NCBI GenBank assembly: GCA_951406725.2
Contig: OX597816.1
Coordinates: 29,264,001 to 29,328,000, forward strand
Source: Octopus vulgaris
Lineage: Eukaryota
Direction of reading: 5' to 3'
DNA length: 64,000 nt
Under the pieces are notes generated by a model that had not been told where the DNA came from, made no database searches, and saw only the letters and a program-made list of their open reading frames with translations. Positions 27,401 to 40,986 of the stretch are shown here, one piece after another (within the stretch, counting starts at the first letter, position 1; each line of letters begins with the position of its first letter). The position numbers and the translations under genes are program-made.

Positions 27401-28242
27401 CCAATACATCTACATATGATTAGAGATGCATATTTTGGCAAGAAACCAAGATAGTCGTACTAGTGATTGACGGACAGGAGAACTTAAGAGTTTCAAATGC
27501 ACATAAAGTTAAATTTGGAGAATGATCTTTCGAGTGTTCATTGCGCTGCTTGTTAAATAACACCCATTCTGTAAAGCGTAAAGTTCTCTGCACTCTATCA
27601 AAATCGTATTACGCCTACATAACTGTTTCATGGCTAAATTCAAATGGGTGATTTTCAATATCTATATTTATGTATATGAATAAATATATATGTATATCTA
27701 TTGTAGATATATATGCTGTATATTTTACATCTACTTACGCGCTTGATCACAATACATTATATAGCATTAGATTTCTGCATTGGTACATTTTATATGCATA
27801 ACATTTATTTTCGTATGCTATTTTCATTTTCATAAAATGAGTTTTAATGCTTTCCACCTACACAGGAAAGAGCGAAACATGAATCCACGCTGTTAAGTAT
27901 TGGCATGGGATATGTACTTAAGTATATGTCATATCAACTTACAATAATTTCTACACAATTGACGGTAAAAAGACAATTTTCATGAATGTATGCATAAAAT
28001 ACTAACATGCACGAAAGACTATTGAAGCAATTTGTTTTGACACTCATTGTGAAATAGATATTGTATCTCTACAAGTTCCACATCTTAGAGAAATTAGCAA
28101 CCAACAAAATGAATTTCTATTAGGTTAAATGCAGCTCTCGCACACATGCGTTTTCCATCTATAATAATTACGGAAATTAATATGCAATGAGGAATATGTT
28201 CTACATAATTATAAAATTAATAACAATAATTGTAATAAAAAT

Positions 28243-28265
28243 AGTAGTAGTAGTAGCATCAGCAT

Positions 28266-28298
<33 letters not shown>

Positions 28299-28317
28299 CA
28301 ATAGTAGTAGTAGTAGT

Positions 28318-28349
<32 letters not shown>

Positions 28350-28372
28350 TAGTTGTAGTAGTAGTAGTAGTC

Positions 28373-28439
<67 letters not shown>

Positions 28440-28453
28440 CAGTAGTAGTAGTA
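28243..28453. repeat. Compound (GTA)n/(GCA)n microsatellite
   Basis: Direct reading. Confidence 0.95.
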
Positions 28454-28921
28454 CCTGATGCAATACCAGGCAATGGCTCTCATGGATTCTCATCTTAACT
28501 GATTGGACGTGTTATAAAGTACATGTTTTGTCTTCGTTCTTCTGATGACCTAGAGCAAACATTCTACTCAGCAACACAGATTTACTTGTCAGTTGTTTGA
28601 CCTTAACCAGTTGAGGATTCTCTTGATGGCTGACAATTTCTGCATCTCTGATTACGAGCAAGGGAAATCGGGGGAGCATCATCAAAGCCATGTGTTCAGA
28701 GGAATTCTTTGGAATCTGAAAATTCACGGATGGTAACATGGGTGTTTCTTTCAAAATCTTTAAACAACCCTTATTCAGGGGAACTTTTGAGTAAGATGGG
28801 CGACTCGACCTGAAGAAAGTTCTAACTGGGCCCAAAATGCATGGTCATGCGCTGTTTATCTTGATATGAAATCACCATGACCAACGCATGTGATTGTGAT
28901 GCATGTGCCTGGTGAGCCCTT
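28454..28921 (+). mobile_element. Unclassified interspersed repeat X, copy 1, embedded in trinucleotide arrays
   Basis: ~365 bp align with 36926-37289 (e.g. CTTGTCAGTTGTTTGACC, AAACAACCCTTATTCAGGG, GTTTATCTTGATATGA, GTGATGCATGTGCCTGGTG). Orientation is arbitrary. Confidence 0.8.
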
Positions 28922-28940
28922 AATAATAATAATAATAATG

Positions 28941-29003
<63 letters not shown>

Positions 29004-29094
29004 GTAACAATAACAATAAATAATATTGACGATGTTGATGAAGATGATGATGATGATGATGATAGATAGATAGATAGATAGATAGGTAGGTAGG

Positions 29095-29144
<50 letters not shown>

Positions 29145-29145
29145 T

Positions 29146-29213
<68 letters not shown>

Positions 29214-29349
29214 GTAGGTAGATAGATAGGTAGATATAGATAGATAGATAGATAGATGGATAGATAGATACAGATAGATAGATAGGTAGATAGATAGATA
29301 TATATATATATAGATAGATAGATATATAGGTAGGTAGGTAGGTAGGTAG

Positions 29350-29383
<34 letters not shown>

Positions 29384-29420
29384 AAAGGGAGATAGAGAGA
29401 TAGATAGATAGATGGATAGA
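28921..29420. repeat. (TAA)n, (GAT)n and (GATA)n/(GGTA)n compound microsatellite
   Basis: Direct reading. Confidence 0.95.
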
Positions 29421-29429
29421 AAGAAAGTG

Positions 29430-30130
29430 AGGCATATTGATGGATCCTAGGCTGTGTCACTACACTGAAAATATCTAAGAATGTTGTACATTAATTACAA
29501 AGCAACATGCCCGCATGGAGAGATAGACCAAGATGAGTTAGGTGACGTGAGCCTCAGTAGGGGAACATACCAAGCTGATAGACTCGCACCAGTGCTGCTT
29601 GTGGTTGCTCTTATCTGTCTTACACTGAGCTTGAAAGTATCTAAATCATGCATTTAGTAGTGGTGAAAAAAATAAACCCTTTTTTTTAATGGATGACCTG
29701 AAATTATTTGCCAAATGTGAGAAATCTCTCGATTCACTGTTTATTTCTGTTAGAATCGTGAATGATGGCATTCAAATATTGTTTGGAAATGTATTAAAAA
29801 GTTGTGAAGAAATAAGCGCAGGAGTGGCTGTGTGGTAAGTAGCATGCTTACTAGCCACATGGTTCCGGGTTCAGTGCTAGCAATAAGGCGAGAAAAATAT
29901 CCAAATGAGAAGAGATTACACTCCCAGATGAGACAACGATGCAGACAATAAATGAATGTAGCATTTATAAGTACCTAGGTGCATTGGAAGCAGGTAGAAT
30001 TTTCTGTCAAGAAATGAAAGTGAAGGTGAGAAATCAATATCTCAGGGGAGTAAAATGTTGCTAAGATTGAAACTGAATGGAGAGGAAAGTACATCTGCAG
30101 TAAACATATGGGCAGTCTCTCTAATATGAT
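29430..30130 (+). pseudogene. Decayed R4/Dong-like LINE RT fragment
   Basis: Motifs MDDLKLFAKCEKSLDSL, GIQILFG, EKITLPD and YKYLGALE, with stops and frameshifts. Interrupted at 29788-29875. Confidence 0.7.
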
Positions 30131-30299
30131 ATTCTGTTGCTTTCCTGAACTGTGATAAGGAAGCCCTCTAAGAGACATGTATCGTAAAATTTAGAAGAGA
30201 GAGAGAGAGTGAGTTAGTGAGTGAGAGAGAGAGATAGACGTTGTCAGCATATACTAACATCTTTGTTAAACGAACAACCAAGACATTTTGAGGCTATAG

Positions 30300-31420
30300 G
30301 CAAAATATGAATCGTCTTTAGTGTAATTATGACATAAATTATTTTACAAAGATTAGCACCGAACTAGCAATCGTAAAATGGTCCATAAATATTCAGCAAA
30401 GACATAAAGGTGAACATGGGATTAGACATATGTGCCAAAGCTAACTCAAGAAGTGACAAATTATCTAGTAATCAAGATGTTACAGAAAACATAGAAAATG
30501 AAACGGTAGAATTTAATCAAAATCACACGTACAAAGACCGAGGAATCGACAAGGAAATCGAAAATGTAATACACAGAAATGAAAGAGAAAATTAGCAGGG
30601 AACATTATAAATTGATGATAAAAACTGGATCCAATGTCGGAAATGAGATAATCGTTACAAATAACAACTAAAAATTACTGATTCACTGAAACAAAATGTA
30701 GGCTATGTGAAATGAGTAACTTTAACAGAAAGAGAAAGAAGAGGAAACATCTGTTAATGCACCGAAACCAACACTCCGAAGCAAATATGCATGGAGTAAA
30801 ACCTACCCAGTACACGAATGTACTTAGCCTGGTAATATAGAAAACTCATCAAAGTAAGTGGAAAACTGATAAATATATTAAGAATTTACAGACAAAATAT
30901 CGTATACACTGGAACAATAAATTTATATGATACAACATAGATGGTTAAAAAGACAATAGAAGTTCATTAAAAGAGAATTAGGAAAATAAAGATGAAATGA
31001 AGCTGAGGACCAATCCACGTTTAATAAGCAATAACTTGAAAGACACTCCAAGAAAATTAGACAATGACAAAGCCAACAACAGCACAAAAGCTTTGAACTC
31101 AAAGCAGAATTGAAAGGACTTAGTCAAGATTACTGGATCATTATCTGGCTACAAATAATTATAAGAACTAATTAATAAAAACAAAACCTAAGACAACTTG
31201 CAAATCAGCACAATGAAAAACCTGACCTTTCCATCTCAGGCTGTCCAATCCTTGCCAAGTTTCTATATATATGTATAGACAATTAGTAATATAAATATAT
31301 TCCAAACAGAGTGCATGGCAACAGCTAGGTTACAGTCATGTGGGAAACTGACAAATTGAACAAGGGAAACCATTAGAAAATATTAAGGAAGAATTTGGAA
31401 AAGAGATGCACTCTGGTAGA
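30300..31420 (+). pseudogene. Second, more decayed R4-like LINE fragment (tentative)
   Basis: FSKDIKVNMGLDICAK and TYKDRGI resemble the FS.DI.M.FGLDKCA and YKYLGI motifs; the remainder is heavily degraded. Confidence 0.4.
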
Positions 31421-31830
31421 TATGTCTTTATACCGCTATAGTTGTCGTATGTCAGGGTGTCGCCGTAACTTTAACCATTAAAATTAACGATGAGGTTACA
31501 ATTTAAATCTTATTGTTCATGTATAAACGAGCATTACAGTATCACGCTTAGTATCCTCCATTTCACCCTGCGAAAGTAAAGGCCCATATAAAACTAAATG
31601 AAAAAAGAAATGACATTGTATCACAAACAACTAACGTGTTTTGAGCTGAATAGAAGTACACCTGTCGCAGAGCTATAAAATGTATGACTATTGTTTAAAA
31701 CTTTGGCATAAAGGCCGCAAATTTAAAAGAAAGTGATTAGGAAGCAAATTTAAAGGTTCCTTCGGTTAAACTACGCACCAAATTTTTTTTATTTGTGGTT
31801 ACTGTCTAATTAAGGAATTAAGAAACATTT

Positions 31831-32028
31831 ATATTTGTAAGCTCTTCAATAACACACAAAAACCATTAAATTCACTTTAACATTTAATTTGCATTTGTGT
31901 CAAAATACGTTCGTCGCTCTGAAACCACCACCTGTGTCAAAGCGATGAAAATATTTTGAAACAAATGAAAATTAAATGTTGAAGTGAAACAAACGGGTTT
32001 TGTGTGATTTTTAATGGCTTACAAATAT
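31831..32028. repeat. Foldback with ~90-bp inverted arms (possible paired PLE terminal repeats)
   Basis: ATATTTGTAAGC..TTCACTTTAACATTTAATTTGCATTTGTGTCAAAATA pairs with TATTTTGAAACAAATGAAAATTAAATGTTGAAGTGAA..GCTTACAAATAT. Confidence 0.75.
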
Positions 32029-32403
32029 CTTCCACGCTGCAATTGTTTTTGTTTCAGCACACACTATCAGATCCAATCACTTGCCTTGCAAGTACAACTC
32101 CGTAATACTTTATATGTTAATTGGGAATATTTGGTTATCAAATTTATTCATGAAATAGCAATTAATGTAATTTCTATGCGAATCACTAAACGTAAGACTT
32201 TTTAATTAAAGATCTCATTTTTACAATGCAAGTTTCATACATCGACGTAGTTAAGATAATAGATCCCGGTTACAAGACTAATAACAACATCTTCAAATCA
32301 ATGATTTGTGATACATTCAAATTAATAGATACAGATATGCTGATCCTGAAGTCGAAATATGATATCCCCAGTTCAATTCAAGTCTCTCTCTCTCTCTCTC
32401 TCT

Positions 32404-32494
<91 letters not shown>

Positions 32495-32833
32495 GTTAGA
32501 AATAATGGTTATTACATGTTTTTCATTTATTGCAGTAAATCTGGCTTCTAGTTGTTTCCAGTAGTCATTATCGGTACACTACTGATAAGTGTACTCAATT
32601 GGTCTATTAATCAACTGAGGAAGATTAACTTCTTTCTTGTATATCATTCTGTGTAAAATCAAGTTTGCCTGGTGCCCATCCGCGGATTTACAATGTGATG
32701 AACTATAATCTTGGAACATACCACAATGTTGCCTGGAGTTCTTCACTAATCCAAGTAATATGTTTAGCCTGGTATGCCAACAGACAACTGATGAAGTATC
32801 TTGGCAGGATTGATAATCCCATACTATTTATTG

Positions 32834-32867
<34 letters not shown>

Positions 32868-32949
32868 ATATATATATACATAATGATGAAAGAACACTTT
32901 TCATCTTCAAACCAAAGACGGTGGTTTTTATTCTAGTGCTGAATTGAAT

Positions 32950-33421
32950 GACTAGTTGATGATTGATAAAATCCAAGCTTCTCTGCTAGTCCCTCGACAG
33001 TTACGATGGGATTTGTTCCACCAGGATTTGCAGGGCGTCCTCTACATATCTTCCAGAGCGAGGCTCGTCTTCTAGGTTATAGTTTTCAGCTCGGCCTCTC
33101 TTGAACCACTGCTGGCATTGGCTTATGCTTATTGTCCGATCCACATATACTGCATTAATTAATATTCCTCGCACTTTCTGTTGCGCTGTAGTCTTTATTG
33201 AACTCACAAAGCAAAATATGCCGAATAAGCTTCTTTGTCACTTCCATTATAGCTTTGAAAAATGCGACTGTTAAACTCTAACCGAGCACTTCAAAACTTG
33301 CACTAAGAATAAGCTCAAGGTAAAATTACTACCTGTAAAAGCAGGTAGTAATTTCCCGCCCCACTCCGAAGTTTAGTTCATGCAATTGAAAAATCAGCGT
33401 TATTTATGGAATGATCCAATA
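32950..33421 (-). mobile_element. Mariner-family transposon, 5' fragment
   Basis: TA plus TIR TTGGATCATTCCATAAATAA at the right end. ATG at 33247, then a frameshifted HTH region INAVYVDRTISISQCQQWFKR..LEDEPRSGR. Confidence 0.85.
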
Positions 33422-33629
33422 TTAAGGCCTAGAGACATTTACAATGTTGCTTTTTACAGAGCATAGGCGCAGGAGTTCGCTTTGGATTCCTAGCTGACAA
33501 TTTCGCTATGTGACATCAGGATTTAAGATGCAATCACAAAGCATAGAAGGATATACAGTTGTCTTCTGCCATAGCGTCGAATCAGTCTAATACATATGAA
33601 GTAATGTATTAAAAAGATGTGAAGAAATA

Positions 33630-33795
33630 AGCGCAGGAGTGGCTGTGTGGTAAGTAGCTTGCTTAACAACCACATGGTTCCGGGTTCAGTCTCACTACGT
33701 GGCACTTTGGGCATCTGTCTTCTACTATAGCCTCTGGCCGACCAAAGCCTTGTGACTGGATTTGGTAGACGGAAACTGAAAAGAAGACCGTCGTA

Positions 33796-33860
<65 letters not shown>

Positions 33861-34095
33861 GTGTGTGTATGTGTGTGTCTATTTGTGTGTCTGTGTTTGT
33901 CCCCCCAACATCACTTGGCAACCGATGCTGGTGTGCTTACGTTCCCGCAAATTATCGCTTCGACAAAAGAGACCGATGGAATAAGTACTATGCTTACAAA
34001 GAAGGAATCCTGGGGTCGATTTGCTCGACTAAATGCGGTGCTCACGCAGGCCCGCAGTCAAATGACTGAAACAAGTAAAAGAGTAAAAGAGTAAA
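33630..34095 (+). mobile_element. SINE family A, full length
   Basis: Same head, body and (GTAAAAGA)n tail as 4280-4699. Confidence 0.9.
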
Positions 34096-34113
34096 TACGT
34101 TGCGTGTTATGTT

Positions 34114-34162
<49 letters not shown>

Positions 34163-34832
34163 GGGTGTGTGTGATTGCGTATAGAAGAATATATTAATAA
34201 AAGAAATTCCAGCCTTGTGATTTTCACGTTTTATTTACAATCCTATAATGATATAATATACGATAAAATAATAGAATAAAATAAAATAGTAGAATGTTAA
34301 ATGTTCATTCTCATTGAACTAGTTCTTTCATGCATTAAATTTTGCAATTATCAGGTTCATGTAGTAGTGGTGACAGTCATGCTTCACAATTTTTGACTGT
34401 AGCGAGATGGTTAAATCTGTGCCTTAAATACACCAGTGTGGGCTCCAGATTGCTAGGTTTTGCAAACTCTATTCTGACTAATCAGTATGTAGCATCACTC
34501 AATTACTTAAGCTGATTGGTTGGTTTAGGCGTCACGCTTTGTTGAACATGTCAAGAGTCCTGTATCTTAACCCTGGCCGAGGCAGCAATTGTTGGGCTAT
34601 TTTTAGAAATGTTGTAAATAGACTTTGTCAGGGAATTTTATATTTCAATTGTCATCATCATCATTGTCAGCACCTTAATTATTGTTGCTAGTGGTGATGG
34701 TGGTGGCAATAGAACTTTTAAGCCTAAATAAGATAATTTTCTTGCTATCTTCATCTTGATCACCTTTAGTATTGTTGTTGTTGTTAGTGGTCATGGTCGT
34801 CGCAGTAGGAGTAGCACCTCTAAGTATTATTA

Positions 34833-35050
34833 TTATAGCTTATTTAGCTTGGGTTCGAATTTATCAATAAAATTCTTTTCTCTGACTTTCCTCTCGATTT
34901 CACTTGGGCTGTGTAATTTGTAGAATGGAAATATTATATATATTTTCCGACCACATGTTGCTAGTTGGTTACTCAAAGGTATCTGACGGACCTCTGGGTC
35001 TCTAATCTGTTGTCGGTGTACACGTGAGCGTTCTGATAGTGCATTTCTAT
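34833..35050 (-). pseudogene. Penelope-like GIY-YIG endonuclease C-terminal fragment
   Basis: LSERSRVHRQQI..IPLSNQLATCG..IFPFYKL..ERKVREKNFIDKFEPKLN* fits the L..R...H / R...E..FI....P.LN pattern of PLE GIY-YIG ends. Confidence 0.75.
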
Positions 35051-35668
35051 ATATATATATAGGCATCAGCGTTGATTGATACCACCACGTATGCCACATT
35101 TTACCAGTGTCATTATGTTCCGCACAATTCTGTCCTGTTTCGTGTTTTAGGATAACATCTTGCCGTTCCCATCAAGAATCACGACGTCTCCGTTATTTCT
35201 TTGATTAATCCATTAAAAACAAAACCATTCAGTAAAAATATTGCAAATGCCTTAAATAAGTTGCATATTACGAAGCTTAGATTCTCGTCTCTTCGGGAGA
35301 ATGTACATACATTAACGTTCAAATATAACAACAGAAAAAAAAGGAATTTTACATTTTCTTGATTCTGACTTACTCCAAAACCAGCATTAATAACCTGAGG
35401 CCATATAAGTTGATAGAGACTTCTTGAATATGTAGGAAGACATGGAATATATATGATTGTCTTTGTATATACATATTGATGCGTAAAATAAAATAATGAT
35501 TCAATGCATCTTAGCTATTTAATTCTGCGTACGCAGAATTGCCAACTGCTGCAGGATGAATGAAGAAAAAATTAAATGGATAAATATAGTTAGAGAATGA
35601 ATGTTTTTCCTTTTTCTCAACATTACTGTGCGAACATTATTTCAGAAAGTGAATATTAAGTAGATCAG

Positions 35669-36116
<448 letters not shown>

Positions 36117-36698
36117 GGCTGTAAAGATCAACTAATGATCAATAAAACCATAGCTGAAGAGGGCCGCAGAAAGAGGAAGGTTTTAAGTATGGCCTGGATT
36201 GATTACCGAAAGGCTTTTGATAGTATTCCCAACACATGGATCCTAGAAACACTAATCACGAAGAAGGTAGCACCAATAATCATGAAATATATAAAACATT
36301 CCATGAATATATGGCAGACAGTGCTACAGCTCCAAACAAAATAGGGGCTCATAAAAACCAAAGCCATCCCCATTAGAAGAGGAATATTTCAGAGAGGCAC
36401 GCTCTCTCCACTCCTTTTCTGCTTGTGGAGTCTAAAATCAGAAACAATTCCTATTCTTATCCTAGTCGGTGCATGAGGTATGATAAAAAAAGATATATTG
36501 AGACAAATACATAACAAAAACACCAGGGCTAACAAATACATATTACATACAGAAAATAGCACTACTAGGCACTGCACACATTCTACGTCAAACACTTTCA
36601 ATACAGTAACTATAAGAAAATCATAACAAATTACAGCACATATCCAAGCCACACAGATCTGCGCAGGTAGTGCGGTGAAAGCACGTTATAAAAATAAG
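36117..36698 (+). pseudogene. Internally deleted R4/Dong-like LINE: RT N-half fused to the C-terminus and 3' UTR
   Basis: GCKDQLMINK..LSMAWIDYRKAFDSIP..IRRGIFQRGTLSPLLFCL is joined near 36425 to WSLKSETIPI..IQKIALLGTAHILR. Flanked by (TAA)n on the left and (CTA)n on the right. Confidence 0.85.
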
Positions 36699-36793
<95 letters not shown>

Positions 36794-36819
36794 TACTGCT
36801 GCTGCTGCTGCTGCTGCTG

Positions 36820-36867
<48 letters not shown>

Positions 36868-36895
36868 ACTAATAATAATAATAATAATAATAATA
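36699..36895. repeat. Compound (CTA)n/(CTG)n/(TAA)n microsatellite
   Basis: Direct reading. Confidence 0.95.
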
Positions 36896-36899
36896 AATT

Positions 36900-37342
36900 A
36901 TCTTGGTATAAAAGATGGACTACAGCAAATATTCTGCTCAATACCACAGATTTGCTTGTCAGTTGTTTGACCGTAACCAGTTGAGCATGTCTCTTAGTGG
37001 CTGATGATATGTGCATCTCTGATCACAAGCAGATGTATTGGGGGACCATCATAGCCATGTGTTGAGAGGGATTCTTTGGGGTTTGAATAATTCACCTCTG
37101 GGAACATGGATGTTTTGTTCAACATCCTTAAACAACCCTTATTCAGGGACCTTTTGAGCAGGATGGGTTACTCAAACTGAAGAAAATTCTAACTGGGTCC
37201 CACCTGCAAGGTCATGTGCGGTTTATCTTGATATGAGATCACCATGTCGCGCACATAAGGTTGTGATGCATGTGCCTGGTGTACCCTTATCGGACGGGTA
37301 GTCATGATGGGTATACTGGGCTTCGTATATTTTACCCCAGTG
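36900..37342 (+). mobile_element. Unclassified interspersed repeat X, copy 2
   Basis: Aligns with 28557-28921; (TAA)n on both sides. Confidence 0.8.
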
Positions 37343-37370
37343 CCAAGAAAAAAAAAATAATAATAATGTA

Positions 37371-37740
37371 GCATCTCAAGACGACTACAGTACCAGTGAT
37401 TGTAGGATCTCTAGAAATGATAAAAAAAAGGTTGTGAAACCTATTTGAAAATGATACCTGACTTTCCATCCCTACAGGAAGTGCAAAAAATCGTTTTAAC
37501 TGGAACGGCTCATGTACTGAGAAGACCATTATTGCTGTGAAAACAACATCCATTCATGAATTTATTTATTTATTAATTTTTGTTAACACATATTTACCTG
37601 TGAATTTGCGTGTGTAATGTGGGAATGCATGCAATGAGCTTCTCTGCCCTAGGTGTACGGAAAACACTTGGCGAGAAACGGAAGAAAATTTGCAGAATGA
37701 AGGAAAACATTTTTTTTTTAAATGATGATGATATGAAGAT
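37371..37740 (+). pseudogene. 3' end of a different R4-like LINE subfamily
   Basis: HLKTTTVPVIVGSLEMIKK..SLQEVQKIVLTGTAHVLRR, then a putative 3' UTR ending in (TGA)n. It starts right after a (TAA)n run. Confidence 0.7.
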
Positions 37741-38329
37741 GAGGAGGAGGGGAGGATTAGGAGGATTAAGAGTAGGAGGAGGAGGAGGAGACGAAGGGGT
37801 ACGAAAATTGTTTCATTTGTAAGTCACATGCAGCTAAGTTTTTTGGGTGCCGCTACAATATATATATATTACATATGAAAATAGTACCTGAGATAGCGTG
37901 GGTGATTTATGAAAGTGTTACATGAACAACAACATTAGTGTTCATTACTAGATCATTTAAATAGTAAATACGGAACAAAACCATATCTCCAGTATCGGAG
38001 ATTAAGGCAGTGCTGACACTAAAAGCATGAAAGGAATAAAAAGAAACACATCGGGCAAATTGTCTCACACCTATTAACCCCATTAACATTGTTAGACGTT
38101 ATAGTCGCAGAGTTTATGTTCTCGCATTAACTTTGGCCAGTTATTCAGCACCCCATAAGTTAGGCAAAATCTGATACCCAAAATAACTTGAACTATCTAT
38201 TCGCATTCAGAAGGTATGTTCTAATAACCAAAAAGATGAAAAATGAAATCTTCAGATGCTCTGACTCACCAGATTTGCCAATCTCACAAGTTTGTACTAC
38301 ATGAAAAGTAAGTTTTGAATATATAGTAT

Positions 38330-38542
38330 GGTGCATGAGGTATGATAAAAAATATATATTGAGACAAATACATAAGAAAAACACCAGGGCTAACAAATAA
38401 ATATAACATACAGAAAATAGCACTACCCGGCACTGCGCACATTCTACGTAAAACAATTTCAATACAGTAACTATAAGAACATCATTAAAAATTACAGCAC
38501 ATATCCAAGCCACATAGATCTGCGCAGGTAGTGCAGTGAAAG
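38330..38542 (+). repeat. Duplicate of the LINE 3' end at 36468-36681
   Basis: Co-linear match from GGTGCATGAGGTATGATAAAAAA to GGTAGTGC.GTGAAAG. Confidence 0.85.
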
Positions 38543-39396
38543 ATGGTTTTGACAAAAATTCGACTCTGTCCTGACTTGGGTATAGGGGTTAATATAGCCA
38601 TACAAATCTGTAATTTTAAGACAACAAACAGCAGCCTGTTGAGTTTTCTTTTTTTGTTTTGGAGTATGTCTTGGCAGGATCGCTTATTGTTACACTTATG
38701 CTTGTAGACCTCTTTTGAACAGATAACACTCTAGCAATGCTAAGTCAACAGACTCTGACCGAAATATAAGCAAGAATATAGTTTCTCCCTCTCGACGCCC
38801 AATATTCTTCCTAAGCTATCGTCGCTCACAATCTGCACTTTATCTTTGTAGAGTGCCTTTATATGCGTTGCGATGACAGCACCATCCACCCACCATGTAA
38901 TAATAGCTCTCTGCACAATATTCTCCGAGCTAGTAATATTCGATCCCGTGATGATTTCGAAAGTAAAATCCTTGTCATGGATTCGGTACAGACAAGTCTA
39001 GGTTTTATCAACTTGCATGCCCATAACAAATCAGACCCTGATATATAGATAAACAACAAACAAACGAATCAATAAATAATAATGAACATAATGATTGAAA
39101 GACTTACAAAATAAAACGTAACTTTGATCAAGATGAATAATGAAATACATAATAAAAGAATAGCAGAAGCAAAGAATAAAGACAATAACAGTAAATATAC
39201 ATGAAACGGCTTCCGCGACAAATGATATTGAAATGTATATGCGGAGCATTTTATAATTATGATATGCTACTTTTCGGAGGTTGTCTTGCGCCAGTCCTGT
39301 GAAAATATATTTAGTAGTAATACAAAGTAGCTATGTTTTTCCATATATATGTAGCTATCCAATTCCAATGTGTAAGATAAGTCTGTGGGAATAATT

Positions 39397-39680
39397 TGGC
39401 ACAGGCCTGGATTTGTTTTATGAAGTTCGCTTCACGTAAACAATGTTTAGGGATCAGTCTCAATGAGAGATATCTCTGGCAGATACTTCGTAATATGGCT
39501 GCGGGCCGACCAAAGACTTGTGAGTGTATTTGTCAGACGGAAGCTAAACGAAGCAGGTCGTACACACACAAACACACACACATAAACACCTACACATATG
39601 CCTGCATGTATGTATGCGTGTTTCTGTGTTTGTATTTGATGCCCTAGCATGTTCACAGTTCAACGACTGATACAAGTAAC
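39397..39680 (+). mobile_element. SINE family A, strongly diverged
   Basis: GGGCCGACCAAAGACTTGTGAGTGTATTTGTCAGACGGAAGCTAAACGAAGC core. Confidence 0.6.
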
Positions 39681-39736
39681 GATCTGAATCCCCATCTCTT
39701 TTCAGTTCACTCTATCTCTATCTCTCTCTCTCGCCC

Positions 39737-39767
<31 letters not shown>

Positions 39768-40098
39768 GTAAAGTAAATAAGATGGCTAACAGCAAGCTTT
39801 TATTGCATATATATATAATACAGACACACAGACACATCTATTCACACCACATATGTATGTATACAAACACACACACACACACTCACCCCATCCTGACCCC
39901 TAAATCATTGATGCTTGAAGGAGAGACAAAAAAGGGTAACTTATTTTCAGTTCCACAGCGGACAGGTCAGTTTTAGCTTCACTACTATTATAATGTAAAT
40001 CTTTTTGAGCTCATAATATTCAGTACGTGTATACTGAACTTTTTAAATAATTCCTTCTGAAAATTATCTTCAGAATGTATAATATATTTGTTGTAATC

Positions 40099-40410
40099 TT
40101 TTGTGCCCATTATTTCAATGAGCTTGTTAAACTTTTTTATATTCTCAACATGCTCTTGTCACCAAAGAATGTATATTTATATGGATTGTAGTACTTTGTG
40201 TCAACCAATATTCTGTGCATCTTTGAATATACAGATACAACACCAATACCAATATCAATCCCTTCTGGAAACTATCTTAAGCATGTCCTTGAGAACGATT
40301 ATTTATGTGCCCAATATTTTAAGGAACTTCTTGAACTTTTTTATGTCCTTAACATGTCCCTGTTACCAAAGACTGTATATATATAATGTAGCAATTTGTA
40401 ACAACCAATA
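40099..40410 (+). repeat. Diverged ~110-bp direct repeat pair
   Basis: TGTGCCCA.TATTT..AACTTTTTTAT..AACATG..CCAAAGA.TGTATAT..CAACCAATA at ~40099-40210 and ~40302-40410. Confidence 0.7.
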
Positions 40411-40560
40411 ATTAACGCAACCAAACTTCTACATGTTAATTTTGACAATCTTTTTCAAAAGAGTGAAACCGGTAAAGTAAATAAACATCTTTTAAATTGC
40501 ATTTTCAAACCTTCTTTCGTATATAATTCCACTCGTGCGGTACCCCACAACTCCACTTTG

Positions 40561-40659
<99 letters not shown>

Positions 40660-40661
40660 AG

Positions 40662-40840
40662 ATTATAAACAAGGGTATGTAAGAGATACCACCATGCTTG
40701 AAACTGCAGTCAAAACCTGACTCTAAACCACACATCAAGTAGTGACTACAGCCGTAATGAATACTTGATGTAGTTTTAGAGTCAGATTTTGACTACTATA
40801 TCAAGCATGGTGGTATCTCTTACATACACTTATTTATAAT
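40662..40840. repeat. ~180-bp hairpin/MITE-like foldback between two (TA)n arrays
   Basis: GTATGTAAGAGATACCACCATGCTTGA pairs perfectly with TCAAGCATGGTGGTATCTCTTACATAC; further pairing through CTGACTCTAAA/TTTAGAGTCAG and CATCAAGTA/TACTTGATG. Confidence 0.8.
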
Positions 40841-40922
40841 TTTACTGATTATTATAAACTATAAGGTTTTTCTACCCATGCTAACCCTACATTTGATCGC
40901 TATTGAAAATAACGATTTTATA

Positions 40923-40984
<62 letters not shown>

Positions 40985-40986
<2 letters not shown>

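Noticed and set aside
28187-28498. Poly-Val/Ala, poly-Thr and poly-Leu ORFs (also 36621-37016 and 53326-53629)
   Set aside because: Trinucleotide microsatellites open in several frames on both strands.
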